Part shown: positions 12,320-27,689 of the stretch, piece after piece | How positions within the stretch are numbered: position 1 is the stretch's first letter | How the letters are laid out: the number at the start of each line of letters is the position of its first letter | NCBI GenBank assembly: GCA_020137815.1 | Contig: CM035356.1 | Location: forward strand, 7,006,001-7,070,000 | Origin: Hormiphora californensis | Lineage: Eukaryota > Animalia > Ctenophora | Length of the DNA: 64,000 bases | Direction of reading: 5' to 3' | The notes under the pieces: generated by a model | Seen by the model: the letters and a program-made list of their open reading frames with translations, nothing else | Database searches by the model: none | What the model was told of the DNA's origin: nothing | Program-made: the position numbers and the translations under genes

Positions 12320-12760
12320 AATCCTGACGTGTAATTGTGATACATCCCTCAACATGAACAATAAATGTGATAATAATCTGGTACACCAGTAACAGATTAT
12401 TATCACATTGGTGCAGTGAGTTTGAAATATTGTACTTGTGTTGCTCTTATAGTTGAGTAATGAGAGACACGCGATATAAGAGTTGTTGAAATCGAATTGT
12501 AAAGATATTTTTGCGTGGATTTCTAAATTCATATTGATGTTGTGCCTTGAAATAACATATCAACCAACCTAGTGAAGTAGTTTGCACCTCCTTGTTGCAG
12601 TCGCTTCATTATACTTCATCCTAACCGATCACCACTTGAACAATTAACATATTGGCTGAAACAATTATGATAACACATCAGCAGGGGCATCAATGGAGCC
12701 AACTGATTATATGATTAGGTACAACACCAGAGATAAATTGTCTATATTCAGTGAAGTTAA

Positions 12761-13127
12761 AGTGAGAGTGGACCGACACAGAATTTGACAAGGTTGTTGT
12801 AGGTAGTAGAGATTATTTCTCTGAGCATTTTGCTTTTTTCCCGCTTAAAATTGACCCCTCCATCACTGAGATATTTTTGTTATGTTGGGAGCATGACGTC
12901 ACGCATCTATCTCTTGTATTCTGTATGTATACGCGCCCGGGCATGTTCGATGTACTGCCTACAGAGAGAATACAGAGATAGATGCGTGACGTCATGCTCC
13001 CAACATAACAAAAGTATCTCAGTGATGGAAGGGCCAATTTTAAGCGGGAAAAAAGCAAAATGCTCAGGGAAATAGTCTCTACTACCTACAACAACCTTGT
13101 CAAATTCTGTGTCGGTCCTCTCTCACT
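12761..13127. mobile_element. Fold-back MITE flanked by TTAA (Kolobok- or piggyBac-like)
   Basis: Almost entirely palindromic 367 bp: TTAA|AGTGAGAG...CTCTCACT|TTAA. Confidence 0.8.
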
Positions 13128-13473
13128 TTAACATATTAACAACAATACAAAACACATTTCTTGCCAAGCTCTGGCAAGCTATGAAGAATATATAGAAGAG
13201 ACTCGCAAAAAGAATCATTATAAGCGGGCTTGCATACATTTTTCTGGGTACAGGGTTCACGATAATTGTCTTGAGTTTGGGCGTATGGTACTGATCACAT
13301 AATTGAACCAAAAACATATCAACCATGGTTTGAAATGATGGCTGATCAGTTTACAATTTATTACTATTTTACACAAGAGATATGTTACACAAAAAGAAAC
13401 AAATAAATCAGTCCTTGAACAACGTCCATTGCTCCTTTTCATTCTTCTCTGGAAATGAAGGAATTCCTTTTGC

Positions 13474-16400
13474 CTATCCTAATAGAATAACCGGGCCTCT
13501 TAGTCGACTTTGAGCGCGGGTTGGAAGTTTGTGCTCGATAATCTTGAATCTGTAGATCTCCTCAAAGGGCAGTGAAGCAGGTAGATCCTTGTGAAATTGT
13601 CTTGGCGGGGAGAGATGTCCACGTTTTTGTGACTGTATCGTACCTGAAACAAAGGAGTCATTGCATCTTGTTATCGTATCATGACAAACTCATCTCTTTC
13701 CAAAAACAATTCGAAAGAATGGTCCAGAAAGCGGGATTTTAAAATAGTTCTAGTATCTCATATATCATTATCAGTATCTCATTATCGGTATATCTTACCT
13801 TTCCATGGATCGGAGGGCACCGAATCCCAGGCAGCCCCCGACACAGTATATATACCGACCCACTGTCACAACCTTGACACTCTGGCCTCGGGGTAACATC
13901 ATCGGCTTCTCGACTAAATGGGGGGACAGCAGTTTAAAGGGGGGTTTAGTATTATGTTGAGTTTAGGGTAAATAGGGGCATGTTTGCCTCTCGCTCAAAC
14001 ATGAACTGGGGGTACCTATGTAGGTTGAAAACTAACTTTGGAATTGTCCGTCTTTGTAGGATAGGACGGTATGAGCAAAGTTCCGTCCTCCTAATACGTA
14101 AAGCCGGTCCCCATTAGCCACCGTGCAACCAGGTGCCATGAGAGGTAAACTCTGAAAAAGGAGAATGTTGAGGGCACTATTAGGGCACAATTAGGGCACA
14201 ATTAGGGTACAATTAGGACACAATTAGGACACAATTAGGGCACAATTGGGGCACAATTAGGTCACAATTATATCGAGAGAATCCAAATGGATCAGGGGGG
14301 CAGGAACACTAACCAGTTTGGCTACATTTTCCCAGGAGTTGTGTTCCAGTGAAAACCGTTCAATGGAAGTGACCCTGCATTGTTGCTGTTCCACTGCGGA
14401 GGTACCTCCCACCACGTAGATATGGTTGGGTGTCGCTGCCAGGCCATGGTAGGTCCGGGGCGAACTCATCGACGCTCTGGGTGAGGGATGTAAATTGTAA
14501 ACAGTAATAATTTGAACACAGTAGTAGGACTAGGAGCTGATATTACAGGTACACTCTACACTCTACAGAATCTATACGAATCTACACGATTTACCAGGAC
14601 AGTTAATTGACTCACATGTAGCTCCAGGAGTGTGTTTGTGGGTCGAATATTTCACAGGATGATAGGGCAGTTTCCTTGTTCCTACCCCCACACACAAATA
14701 CACGACCTTGCAATACCGCTGCTCCGGCACCTGCAGGGTTTAATATGATGTCATTATCTAGTATCATGTGCAGTAGCTGCACTGCTGGCTTGTTGTTGTT
14801 TGATCAAAACAATGCATCTCCTGGCGAGATGCCAACAACTCAACACCGCATGATAAACAATGTGGGATCACGTGCAGGTGCGCGCATCCCATGCGCTGCG
14901 CGGACCACATCATAACGATTGTGGAACACTCTGTTTTTGGACTTCGCGCCCTCCAGACATGTCTTGACACACTAGTTTCGAGTGTGTCAAGCGGGTGAAA
15001 TTGCTTGCACACGATGGTGGCGCCTCCACGGGGTCCGTACCTGAGCGAGGAGAATTCATTGAAGGTAGAGGTATCCAACTGTTCCAATCTGTCCTGAACA
15101 TCAAAACAGAACTTGTCGTCTCGTTTTCAATAATCCCACCTGCAATAATAAACCCAATGTCAAAACTAAGTGCAAATATCGTGACACAGAGAGAGGAATG
15201 TGTACATTCAATTAGCACTAACCCATTACTACGATGGAACTGTTGAGGGTGACAGCAGTGGCAGAGTGTCGTGGTTCTGGTAACGATTTACCTTTACCCC
15301 ACACCCCCTTCCTCAGGTTGTAAACCTCAACGGTATCCTGATCTGTGGGGGGGGGGGGGGGTTATCTCTCCAACTCACAAACTCACAAAATATTAATATC
15401 TCCTGTTGTTATAACCAATAGCACCCGATAGTACCTATAATTATAATTTTAGGTATTAACTATTGTTTTTGACTGCACTACTAAACATACCTTTCCCTCC
15501 TATAACATACAGACACCTCAAGGACTCTCTCTGCCGCTGGTCCAGGAACAGAGGAACTTGTGTTAGAGGAATGAGGGCGTTCCATAATCGTTTATCAGCT
15601 GACCACTTTCTTAGGTCGCTACTTTTAATCAGATAAAACCTGGAGATGCATTAAGGACTAAAGATAGGGACTGAATTTAGGAACTAAAGTTAGGAACTGA
15701 AGTTAAGGGCTAATGTTAGGGACTGGGTAGAATTGTAAGGAGTGTGGTGTCAAGGAACACGATCTCTGCCGTGTACCGTTCATACTATTATTATTCACGG
15801 AACAAGTAAACTCATATCATTCATCAATACTAGGAACCGACCGAAACAAGTAAACAACCAATCAGAACTCGTTATTTAGGTCACGTGACTGGTTATCAGC
15901 CAATCAGGGACCAGTATTTCCTGATTCGGTCGGTTCCTGATCAATATACCTGACTGCTCTGAATACTGTGGTATTGTGCCTGTTGTGTCGGGACCATCTA
16001 ACTGCAGCTGCTAGGACCTCACTCTCACTCTCCACCACCAGATCATCTCTAGAGAGGAGTGATACCACAACATCCTCGTGTAGATCCAGAAAGGTATCTG
16101 GTGGAGGATTTTATAGAGGTCAGGGAGTATCTAGCAAGGTACCTATCTGGTGGTGGGAGGATTTAGGGGTCAGGGAATATCTAGGGGTATCTGGTGAGGG
16201 ATTTAGAGGTCAGGGAGTATCTAGGACTATCTGTACGTGGGAGAGGAAGTTTGTACAAACAGGAGTTATACTCTAGGGAGGGGGGAGGTAGGATAATTTT
16301 TCACAAAATAGAAGATAAGAAGTGTCTGTTAAACTGCAGCTGTTTGACTGCAGCTGTTTGACTGAAACCAGATATGTTAGACCCATGTGGGCCATGATAT

Positions 16401-18186
16401 TACGGTCCCCACGTCGACCTTTTCAGAATTTCAGCGAGAGAAAGATAGAGAAGCTAAACTAAAACCCTATAATACTAGCCGCGTTGTATTAGGTTACAAA
16501 CTGCGTGGTATCTGCACAGCAGCCGGGGGGGGGGGGGGGCTTCGTGTCACAAGGTGGCTGACTGTTATCAGTGCACCACTCTACCAAACAGTACCTGACT
16601 TCTCTTCTTCTCTTCTCTCTGTACACCATGCTCTGTCTTTCATTCGAAACACATTTTACCAAATACATGATTCTCTTCGAGCTTGGCAGTGAAAGAAGAG
16701 AATTGAAGAGAGAAGAAAATAGTTGTATTCTATGAACCAGCTGGTTACTCTCTAATTGTGTTTTCATGGTTTGTTCGCTTACTTGATCTGATAGTCTGTG
16801 TGTTATGTGCTGCAATCACCATCGCTCTTTCTGCTGTTTCCTCTGTGTTTGGTATTCGGAGGGTGTGACAAAAATGTAACACTTCCAAGCAATTCGTAAC
16901 ATTTGTATTCACCTAAATAGAGAGGGTTATAGAGTTGCTTACTAACAGTAACTTATATTGAGTGGGATAAATTGTAGCTGACTTGCAACAACAAATCCTT
17001 TCTTCCAAGTCATATCAATTAATCCCTGTCTCCTAAATTAATCATGGCAAGATTGTAACGTACCGCTATAGTGTGGGTAACGTGTTTTAGAAGGGGGCTG
17101 TACAGTAGCATGTCTGATAACTGGTAGAGGTAGAACAGGTCTTGTAGTGATATCTCCTCCTGAAACGGTACAAATTGTCACTGCGCTGGCAAGCGCAAAG
17201 GTGACCACCACCTCCCCCAGCCGCGCGTGCCAGAAAGCAGTAATAAGTTTTTTCAGTTTTTAGCCAAAAATGGCATTTTGTAACGCCCATAGCGAGGCCC
17301 CCACTGCACCAATTGGTCTGAAATTTGGTATACAGTGTCACGTAAACTAGATCTACTGGAGTTTAAAAGGGCAAGTCTCTAGCTCTTTTAGTTTCAGAGT
17401 TATGACATGGTGAAAAAAGCAATAAATGTCCCGGGTCTATATATACATCCATATATATATAGATAGACGCTTTTTTACACAATTTGCAGACAATTTTCTG
17501 GAAAAACTACAAGAGATAGGCACTTCTCGTTTAAATCATTCAAAAGATAATCGTTTGAATTGTGTTATTGGACGGTTTTCATGTTCCAGGTCCAACCAGA
17601 ACGTCCTAAAAAACTGTCATAAAGTTAAGACATTTTTCAAATCAACCAAATTTCTTTGAGCTCAATTTACACCCTGAAGACGGCTTCTGATTGAAAAACG
17701 GAGACCACACTTACGAAAGGTAATCGTCTAAACTTTCAGAAACTATATAGCGAATTTGTGAAACTCTATTTTCAAGGGTCTTAAATCGCGTCTGAAGTGT
17801 TAAGACTGTATGAAAATAGATATAACGATAGTGCGTTTTTCACCATAGTGACCTCAAATCTTGTCCAATCGATCTCAAACTTGGTCAGCATCTTTATCTA
17901 TATGAGCCTGATAATAATTTTTCACTAGCATGACGTTATAACGTCGTGACGTCACGCTATGACGTCACAATGACGTCAAAATTGAAATTTTTGTATTTTA
18001 GCGATTCCTGACGGTCTTTACAAGTTATGCTACGTCCAGACATGTCTTAAATCGTATTTCACAACAGAAAATACCAAAAATAGACCTAAATTATGCCAAA
18101 AACTAACAGAAATTAGTTGGCTGGAAAGGTGACCACTTTTGTTGTCAAACTGACACCTTTGCCCGGCCCGGGTTACGGAAAGAGAT

Positions 18187-18263
<77 letters not shown>

Positions 18264-19860
18264 AAAAGAGAGATAGAGAGAGAAAGAGAGATAGAGAGAA
18301 AAAATCATAGTGATCAGAGAGGGAAAGATAATGATGAAAATACCCGGGGAGGGCAAAGGTGTCAGTTTGACAACAAAAGTGGTCACCTTTCCAGCCAACT
18401 AATTTCTGTTAGTTTTTGGCATAATAAATACATAGCTAGTTACAAATAAACAAATAGCTAGATACAAATAAATACATAGCTAATGTATGAATGAAAAAAG
18501 AAGAAGTAGTAATTTTGATATCTCCTTCTGGTGCTGATACACACTCACGCCCTCTGTTATACATCAGATGAATTTGATTCTTGCTCAGATCTCATTATTC
18601 AGAATAATCAAAATTTTATGATCTTATTATGATCTTCTTATGATCTTGTTATTCCATATTTGTTTCGGGTATTGTATTTCACTTCCTAAACTCCCCATTG
18701 AATAATATTCAACAGTAGCAGCTTGTTCTCTCCTATGTGTGTTTATTGTGCTCCGTACATTCATATGCTACTCTTTTAGATGCTGGATCAATGGCCAAAT
18801 GTGGCTCGCATTAGATATTATAGAGTGTGTTTTTTAGTAGGTGGAGGTTACATCATAGTCGTGACCTAATATCGACCAGTATGGACCATCTTTTTCTGGC
18901 AGGTACCTTTTCTGACCGGTTTCATTATTTTTCCATTGCACCTTGCCGTGAAACAGCACCAGTTTGTGGACTTGCCACCCTATGTGTTTTATATCTCTCC
19001 CCTTTACATACCTGCTCCACGTGCGAACTAGCCCCTGACAGATAGCTAAGGAATCGTCTCATTGCCGTCACATTAACATTCTTCATCTCTACTTCCGTCG
19101 CTAAACTCTCCCTAAACTCTGGCCTGTGTAAAACAGGGGGATTGTGAGCTCTATAGAAGGGGGATTGTGAGGTCTAAGTCTAGCAGGGAAGGGGGATTGT
19201 GAGGTCTAAGTCTAGCAGGGAAGGGGGATTGTGAGGTCTAAGTCTAGCAGGGAAGGGGATTGTGAGCTCTAAGTGTCTAGCAGGGAAGGGGGATTGTGAG
19301 CATTCTGAGCACTCTGGACCTGCCTGTGCACTGCCCAGGCGGTTAACAAAACATCACATTATTAGACCTTGTTAAGAAATATGAACCCTAGGTGTGAAAT
19401 TCATTTTGAATTGGCACTTATCCAGATTTCACTTGTCAATTAACTTGAAAACTGCATATAAAATATACGTATAATATTCGAAAGTAAACAATGCCCTTGT
19501 TTTAGCACTTTGATAACTATGTCTGAAGTCGAGGATTACAGTACTGGGGAATCAGATTACCTTGTTCTACGCCCGAGGGAAACACGTAAGTAAAAACTAG
19601 AGATAAATTATTAAATTAATTCATTTAATTCCACTAGTTAATCGCTGCCTAATTATGTAATTAAGATGTAATTACCTGAACATGTTCTCGAAGAATGCAC
19701 ATTTCTGTGACAAGAGGGCTCTATCAGCCACAAGACGCTCTCCCTCAACTAGAAACTCCACATAAACATGGCTCCGAACCACTGGGACGACCCCTCCTGG
19801 TACGACCCCTCCTGTTGTAGCTGGTGCTTCTACACGGCTAATTACATCACCAGACATCAT
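13474..19860 (-). CDS. Kelch-like BTB-BACK-Kelch protein (KLHL family)
   Basis: BTB exons ~19675-19860 (VEGERLVADRALLSQKCAFFENMF) and ~19010-19123 (FRESLATEVEMKNV). BACK exon ~15950-16097 (FLDLHEDVVVSLLSRDDLVVESESEVLAAAVRW). Kelch exons 13474-15640 (LYVIGG, VFVCGG..CEIFDP..W, IYVVGG, LYVLGG, IYCVGG..ERYD..W). Some internal boundaries are uncertain. Confidence 0.9.
14175..14268. repeat. Tandem minisatellite (ATTAGGGCACA)n
   Basis: About 8 copies of a 10-11-bp unit in an intron. Confidence 0.85.
15831..15939 (-). mobile_element. 109-bp hAT-like MITE, copy 2
   Basis: Same TIRs as copy 1; flanks ATCAATAC/ATCAATAT match at 7 of 8 positions. Confidence 0.85.
16475..18080 (-). mobile_element. Putative non-autonomous Helitron/Helentron-like insertion in the Kelch gene intron
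   Basis: CTAG|T end on the minus strand at 16475 with an imperfect hairpin. DINE-1-like motif AAATTTGG...GTCTCTAGCTCTTTTAGTTTCAGAGTTAT at ~17321-17403. The other end is undefined. Confidence 0.35.
18090..18425. mobile_element. MITE with ~75-bp TIRs enclosing a (GA)n tract
   Basis: ATTATGCCAAAAAC...CCTTTGCCC and its reverse complement flank the microsatellite. Confidence 0.75.
19136..19300. repeat. ~32-bp tandem repeat GGGGGATTGTGAGGTCTAAGTCTAGCAGGGAA
   Basis: About 5-6 copies in an intron. Confidence 0.85.
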
Positions 19861-20157
19861 GAATCATATCGCTATACAATATACATATATGGAGATGGGT
19901 TGCTGAAAACTATAAATTAATAGAGAAAAAGTGCCCAATGCTACATAGGAGTCTAAAGGTCTAGTCCAAGTTGCAAGCTCTAACTATAGCGATGATTGGT
20001 TTGTGAAAAAGAAAGTAACCTCCATCCAATCTTGCTATAAATAGACGCTTCTAGAAGGAGATATTTGCATTTTCTATGGAAACAAAGAACACGTCCAACT
20101 TGGTCAGAGTCACGGAAAGACAGTCAATGAGTCAATCGAGAAAGAAAGAAAGAAAGA

Positions 20158-20199
<42 letters not shown>

Positions 20200-20207
20200 A
20201 AGAGAGT

Positions 20208-20262
<55 letters not shown>

Positions 20263-20274
20263 GAAAGAGAGAGA

Positions 20275-20327
<53 letters not shown>

Positions 20328-20837
20328 GGAAAGAGAGAGAAAGAAAAGCGTCAACATTTGATCAATACGCACATTATTTTCGATACGAATATTCGAGAAG
20401 ATGCGAAATATGCACATAAAGATAAAAGAGACTCTGAGACTAAAAGTAAGCACCGCTTGCAATATAGTGGATTCTAGTAAAACTGCACTAAGCTATAATA
20501 TTCCTCCATGGCAGCTCCCTCTCCCCCGTATAAATTTGCAGATTATAACATGGATATACACCTTCTAGGTAATCTAGAAATTACATGTTTTACTGGATAT
20601 ATATATGACAACTTGCAATCAGATAATGCGGGTCTTAAGTACTACAACTGCTTCTAGAAAGAACCATAGTGATCTCACATTTAGAGCACCCTCCCCTCTC
20701 TCCCTCTATCCCCATTCCTCCCTCTCTCCATCTCTTCTCTCTCTCCCTCTCTCTCTCTCTCCCTGGCCCTCAGAGCTGGGAGTCCCTCTCTCGTCATCAC
20801 TCCGGAGGGAACGGCCAGGCCTAGGAGACGAGCAGTG

Positions 20838-21126
20838 TTCTAGAATTTTCTACATTTTTTCCACACATGGTATAATGTTGCTCTCAGTTAGTGCTCCCAA
20901 CATGGGGCTGCACCAGGTGTCCCGTTATATGCCAGCATTAGGGCACGTATCTTTCTAGAACGTTCAGGATATGTTATTTGGGGAGTTGGAGGGGAGGGGG
21001 AGGGGGAGGCCAGGGGATTATATCTTTCTAGAAATCTAGAACGTTCAGGATATGTGATTTGGGGAGTTGGAGGGGGGGGGTCTGATGGTATGGCCAGGGG
21101 ATTATATCTTTCTAGAAATCTAGAAC
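20838..21126. promoter_or_regulatory. Cluster of heat-shock-element-like motifs
   Basis: TTCtaGAAttTTC (20838-20850), TTCtaGAAcgTTC (20953-20965), further TTCTAGAA at 21026 and 21110. Confidence 0.35.
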
Positions 21127-22034
21127 GTGTTTCATGTGGGAAGCGTCTGATGGGAAGGCCCCACCTTATAATAGCACGCCACCAGGTGTGTCCTTTGAAT
21201 TCATCATCCGCATATCCAATTTAATCCCTCTTCTCTTCTCTTTCTAACAAAAGTCTCTTTCACTCCCTCTATTTCACCATTCACTTTGATGTGCATCACT
21301 GCATCACTGCATTCCCGATGATGTTATTATCATTTCAGTAGGATATAGAGTCATTCTGAACAGCAAAGGATCGCCGCATTGGCATGTTGCCCAAATAAGG
21401 AAAACATATCAAGCATATAGGGTTAACATTCATTCAGATCATGAATGAATGCTGGGTGCATCTTTCTCTCTCTGCTTTTCCAACAGCTCTTTCTTTTCTT
21501 CATTCAGTATTGTTTGCAGTGTATTGGAAATTGTAGGAGTATATCGCAAACAAAAGATTTCCTTTTCTATTCAAGATCCCAATTCCCAATCTTTCTATTC
21601 AAGATCCCAGTCCGGAGTCCCAAAGCTGCGGCCAGTATACTGATATCTGGGCCGAGTACACTAATAGGAAAACAATTGCTGGAACCAAGCCAGCATCTGT
21701 TCCTCATAAACTATACGATCTCTACTGCAGATCTCTATGTTACAACTAGTCTTCTCACTTCAGTGCTACTTCCTTTGTAGTATACAATTACAACAAAGAC
21801 TCCAAAATGAAAGGAATGTTCAAGATTCTACAAAAGTGGGGAATGAGAAGTTACCAGCTGTTAGCGAATACAGGATATTTTGTACATGTAGATGCTATAT
21901 TTTTACTACTGTGTAAAGAAGATCGATATATCATGATAGATATCTGATATATTCCAGGAACTGCGGCAGAGTTAGAACTTCTAACGGTCAACTTATATAT
22001 ACATAAATATATACAAAGTAATACAAGTTTTTAA

Positions 22035-22077
22035 TTTTTTACTAATAGTTTCATGCTTTCGCAATCGTCAGAAAAAA
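22035..22077 (-). ncRNA. Inverted copy of the same hammerhead motif
   Basis: Reverse complement of 23517-23559 within the inverted pLTR. Confidence 0.72.
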
Positions 22078-22302
22078 GAAAACTTGCAAATTTTAAAACG
22101 TTCAACTTCCTCTTCGACTCCTTCATCAAACCGTTTGTTGAAGTGATGCCAGGTGTCCTCTCCGGTGGGGACATTTGTTAAGAAGCTCCCATTGAACGCC
22201 AGTGTAACTGCAGAATTCCAGAAAACTGTCCTGTGGGAAACACATGCCTGAAATCCGGTGTAGTCTACGAAGCACTAATCAAACACAGCAACGGGGTAGA
22301 AC

Positions 22303-23134
22303 GGGGGGTGCGACATGTTAATTTTGTTAACTTTGTTAATATTAACATCGAGAAAACAGGTGATTTATTAACAAAATTAACAAAAAGTTAACAAACTTTA
22401 ACAAATGCCATTTATGCGATCTAAATCCCCTTCGACACGTGTTTTTGGTATTTAACACTTGTTCTGCAAGCAAAGTTGTTCCTTCTGTACGATTTGCATA
22501 CCCCTACTACCTCTACTACGGCTTTTCTGTACAGCGATTTGTTCCATTGTGTAAATTTTAATAAAAACTAGCCAAACTAAATCGCAATTGAAATTTGAAG
22601 TCAAATGACCCTAATCCACATTTTCCAACCCTAAAAACTAAATAAGTCTCATGAGTTTACCTTAAAACGAAAAATATCACAAAAATCAATTTTTCTAAAA
22701 AACACAAGGATTTGTAGCGAAGCAAATTTTCAATCTTTGACCAAAAAATTGTTTTTGGAAAAAATTTATTTCTTTTTCCAACAGAAACGTTGTACATCAT
22801 CTTCTTAAGTCCAAAGAATCGATTATCAATGCAAAAATTAAGTTCAAGTTAGATTTTATACGCTAAATTGAAATATTTGTAACTTTTGGATTTTTATCGA
22901 TTTTGAGCCAAAAAACCTGTATGGTGGACTTCGGTTATCGGGGGAGGCCTTGTTTGGGTATAAATGTGTTAGAGAAGTCGTTAAACTATAAAATTAAACC
23001 AGTTAAAATCGTATTATCAACCAATAAGAACAGTCTTTTAGCATTTGTTAATTTTGTTAATTTTGTTAATTAACGTTAATTAACAAAATCGAAAAAAGAG
23101 GTGATTTATTAACAATTAACATGTCGTCCCCCCC
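22303..23134. mobile_element. Non-autonomous TIR element nested in the Penelope endonuclease
   Basis: TIR GGGGGG(T/G)(G/A)CGACATGTTAATT, direct repeat GGTAGAAC on both sides, GTTAA-rich subterminal repeats. Removal restores NGVEQKY. Confidence 0.88.
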
Positions 23135-23516
23135 GGTAGAACAGAAATATGTGGGAATGACGGGTGGGTCATTCAAAACCAGGTTCAATGGCCACATGGC
23201 GACAATAAGACACGACAAACACAGGACAGCGACAGAACTCTCCAAACTAGTTTGGAGCCTCCATGACAGACAGATAACGTATGACATAACATGGCAGATC
23301 ATCGCCAAAGCTCCACCATACCGCCCAGGCAACATCACCTGCTCTCTATGCCTGGCCGAAAAGTTCGCAATATTAACGAGGAAAGGACTAATTAACAAGA
23401 AATGGGAGCTTCTTAACAAATGTCCCCACCGGAGAGGACACCTGGCATCACTTCAACAAACGGTTTGATGAAGGAGTCGAAGAGGAAGTTGAACGTTTTA
23501 AAATTTGCAAGTTTTC

Positions 23517-23559
23517 TTTTTTCTGACGATTGCGAAAGCATGAAACTATTAGTAAAAAA
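23517..23559 (+). ncRNA. Minimal hammerhead ribozyme motif in the Penelope pLTR
   Basis: TTTT-CTGACGA-T-TGC(GAAA)GCA-T-GAAA-CTA-T-TAG-TA-AAAA. Confidence 0.75.
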
Positions 23560-23867
23560 TTAAAAACTTGTATTACTTTGTAATCAGCTCCAGAATCTTG
23601 ATCCTGTCGAGCGCTTTACCAGCAATCCCTTTACAAGCAAAGATACATAAATATATATATATATATATATATATACTTAACATAGAAGAACTTGAGTTGG
23701 GCGGCTGGACGGAAGCCCAACAAATAAAAGTAAGAGAATGATCAATTATATTGAGAGACAAAAGAATGGGAGATATGGGAAGGATCCTAGGGACAGAAAG
23801 ATGATAGTTACACACACTGTTGTTTCCGATAGACTGTAATGAAACTAGATCGAGACTAGCACGTGGC

Positions 23868-24059
23868 GGGTCTATATCAGACAGGCTATACAGAGACTCA
23901 TTACACTTCACAACATAGCTGGATATGCACAAGGGGGGGGGGGGGCGAACATGCCCGAACATGCCCGAACATGCCCCGTAGGATGGCCTGGGTCTATATC
24001 AGACAGGCTACTGCAGAGACTCACTACACTTCACAACATATAGGGATATGCACAAGGGG
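23868..24059. repeat. Direct duplication of a ~70-bp unit
   Basis: GGGTCTATATCAGACAGGCTA...GGATATGCACAAGGGG at ~23868 and ~23990. Confidence 0.75.
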
Positions 24060-24641
24060 ACATGCACAGTTTAGGAAGCATGTGAAGATATGCCCCCACC
24101 CTCATTGAATCATGTTGAGAAGGGGGAAAGGTAGCTGAGATTCATTGAGATGGATGATGTCATTTGGGCCAAGGGGCCGAATCAATGACGCCATTAAATT
24201 GGTAAAGCGGAACAACTTCTGCCCAACAGTCATGAACACAGAAAATAGGGCCCTAATTACTGCGCCCCTTTGAACTCTTGCTACCAACCCATCCAAAAAC
24301 TGAAAGCACAGCTTGTTTATTTCGTAGTTTTTACAAGCATAGTGCCATGAGAAACGATACATCATCGCTCTACAAACTGAGGCAATAGCTATTTTTAGAA
24401 AGGCGGAGGTTACAGATTAATGAGGGGAGATGGGAGAGAGACTCTCTCAGAGAGAGACGGGGAGGTAGAGGGAGGGAGGGAGAGACAAGGAGGTAGAGGA
24501 AAGGAGAGAAGAGCTAGAAGAATATTTGAGGGTGGAGGAAATTTAACATTCAACAAAGCATTCAAACTCAGTCTATCGTTACATCATTACATGTCCATTG
24601 GAAAGCTAGTGAATCTCTAACGCTAACTCTCTCCCCCTCAG

Positions 24642-27521
<2,880 letters not shown>

Positions 27522-27689
27522 TTTTGCTGGCTAGAAATTGAAATATTGTATAAAAATGAAAGATAACAAAGTAATTTTGTGTTTTTTAGATTTTGAAAAA
27601 AAAATTAAAGCTTTTTATTTTTATTTTTGTCTAAGCTGATTAGAATTAGTAGAGTATACCGGCGGCCTCTAGGGTAGAACAACATGTAA

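Larger units (their letters stand above)
22012..23582 (+). mobile_element. 5'-truncated Penelope-like element: GIY-YIG endonuclease with inverted pLTR copy
   Basis: 182-bp inverted repeat 22012-22193 / 23401-23582. Coding CNCRIPENCP..CLKSGVVYEA..NGVE|QKYVGMTGGSFKTRFNGH..CSLCLAEK..LINKK..KCPH, split by an insertion. Confidence 0.9.
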
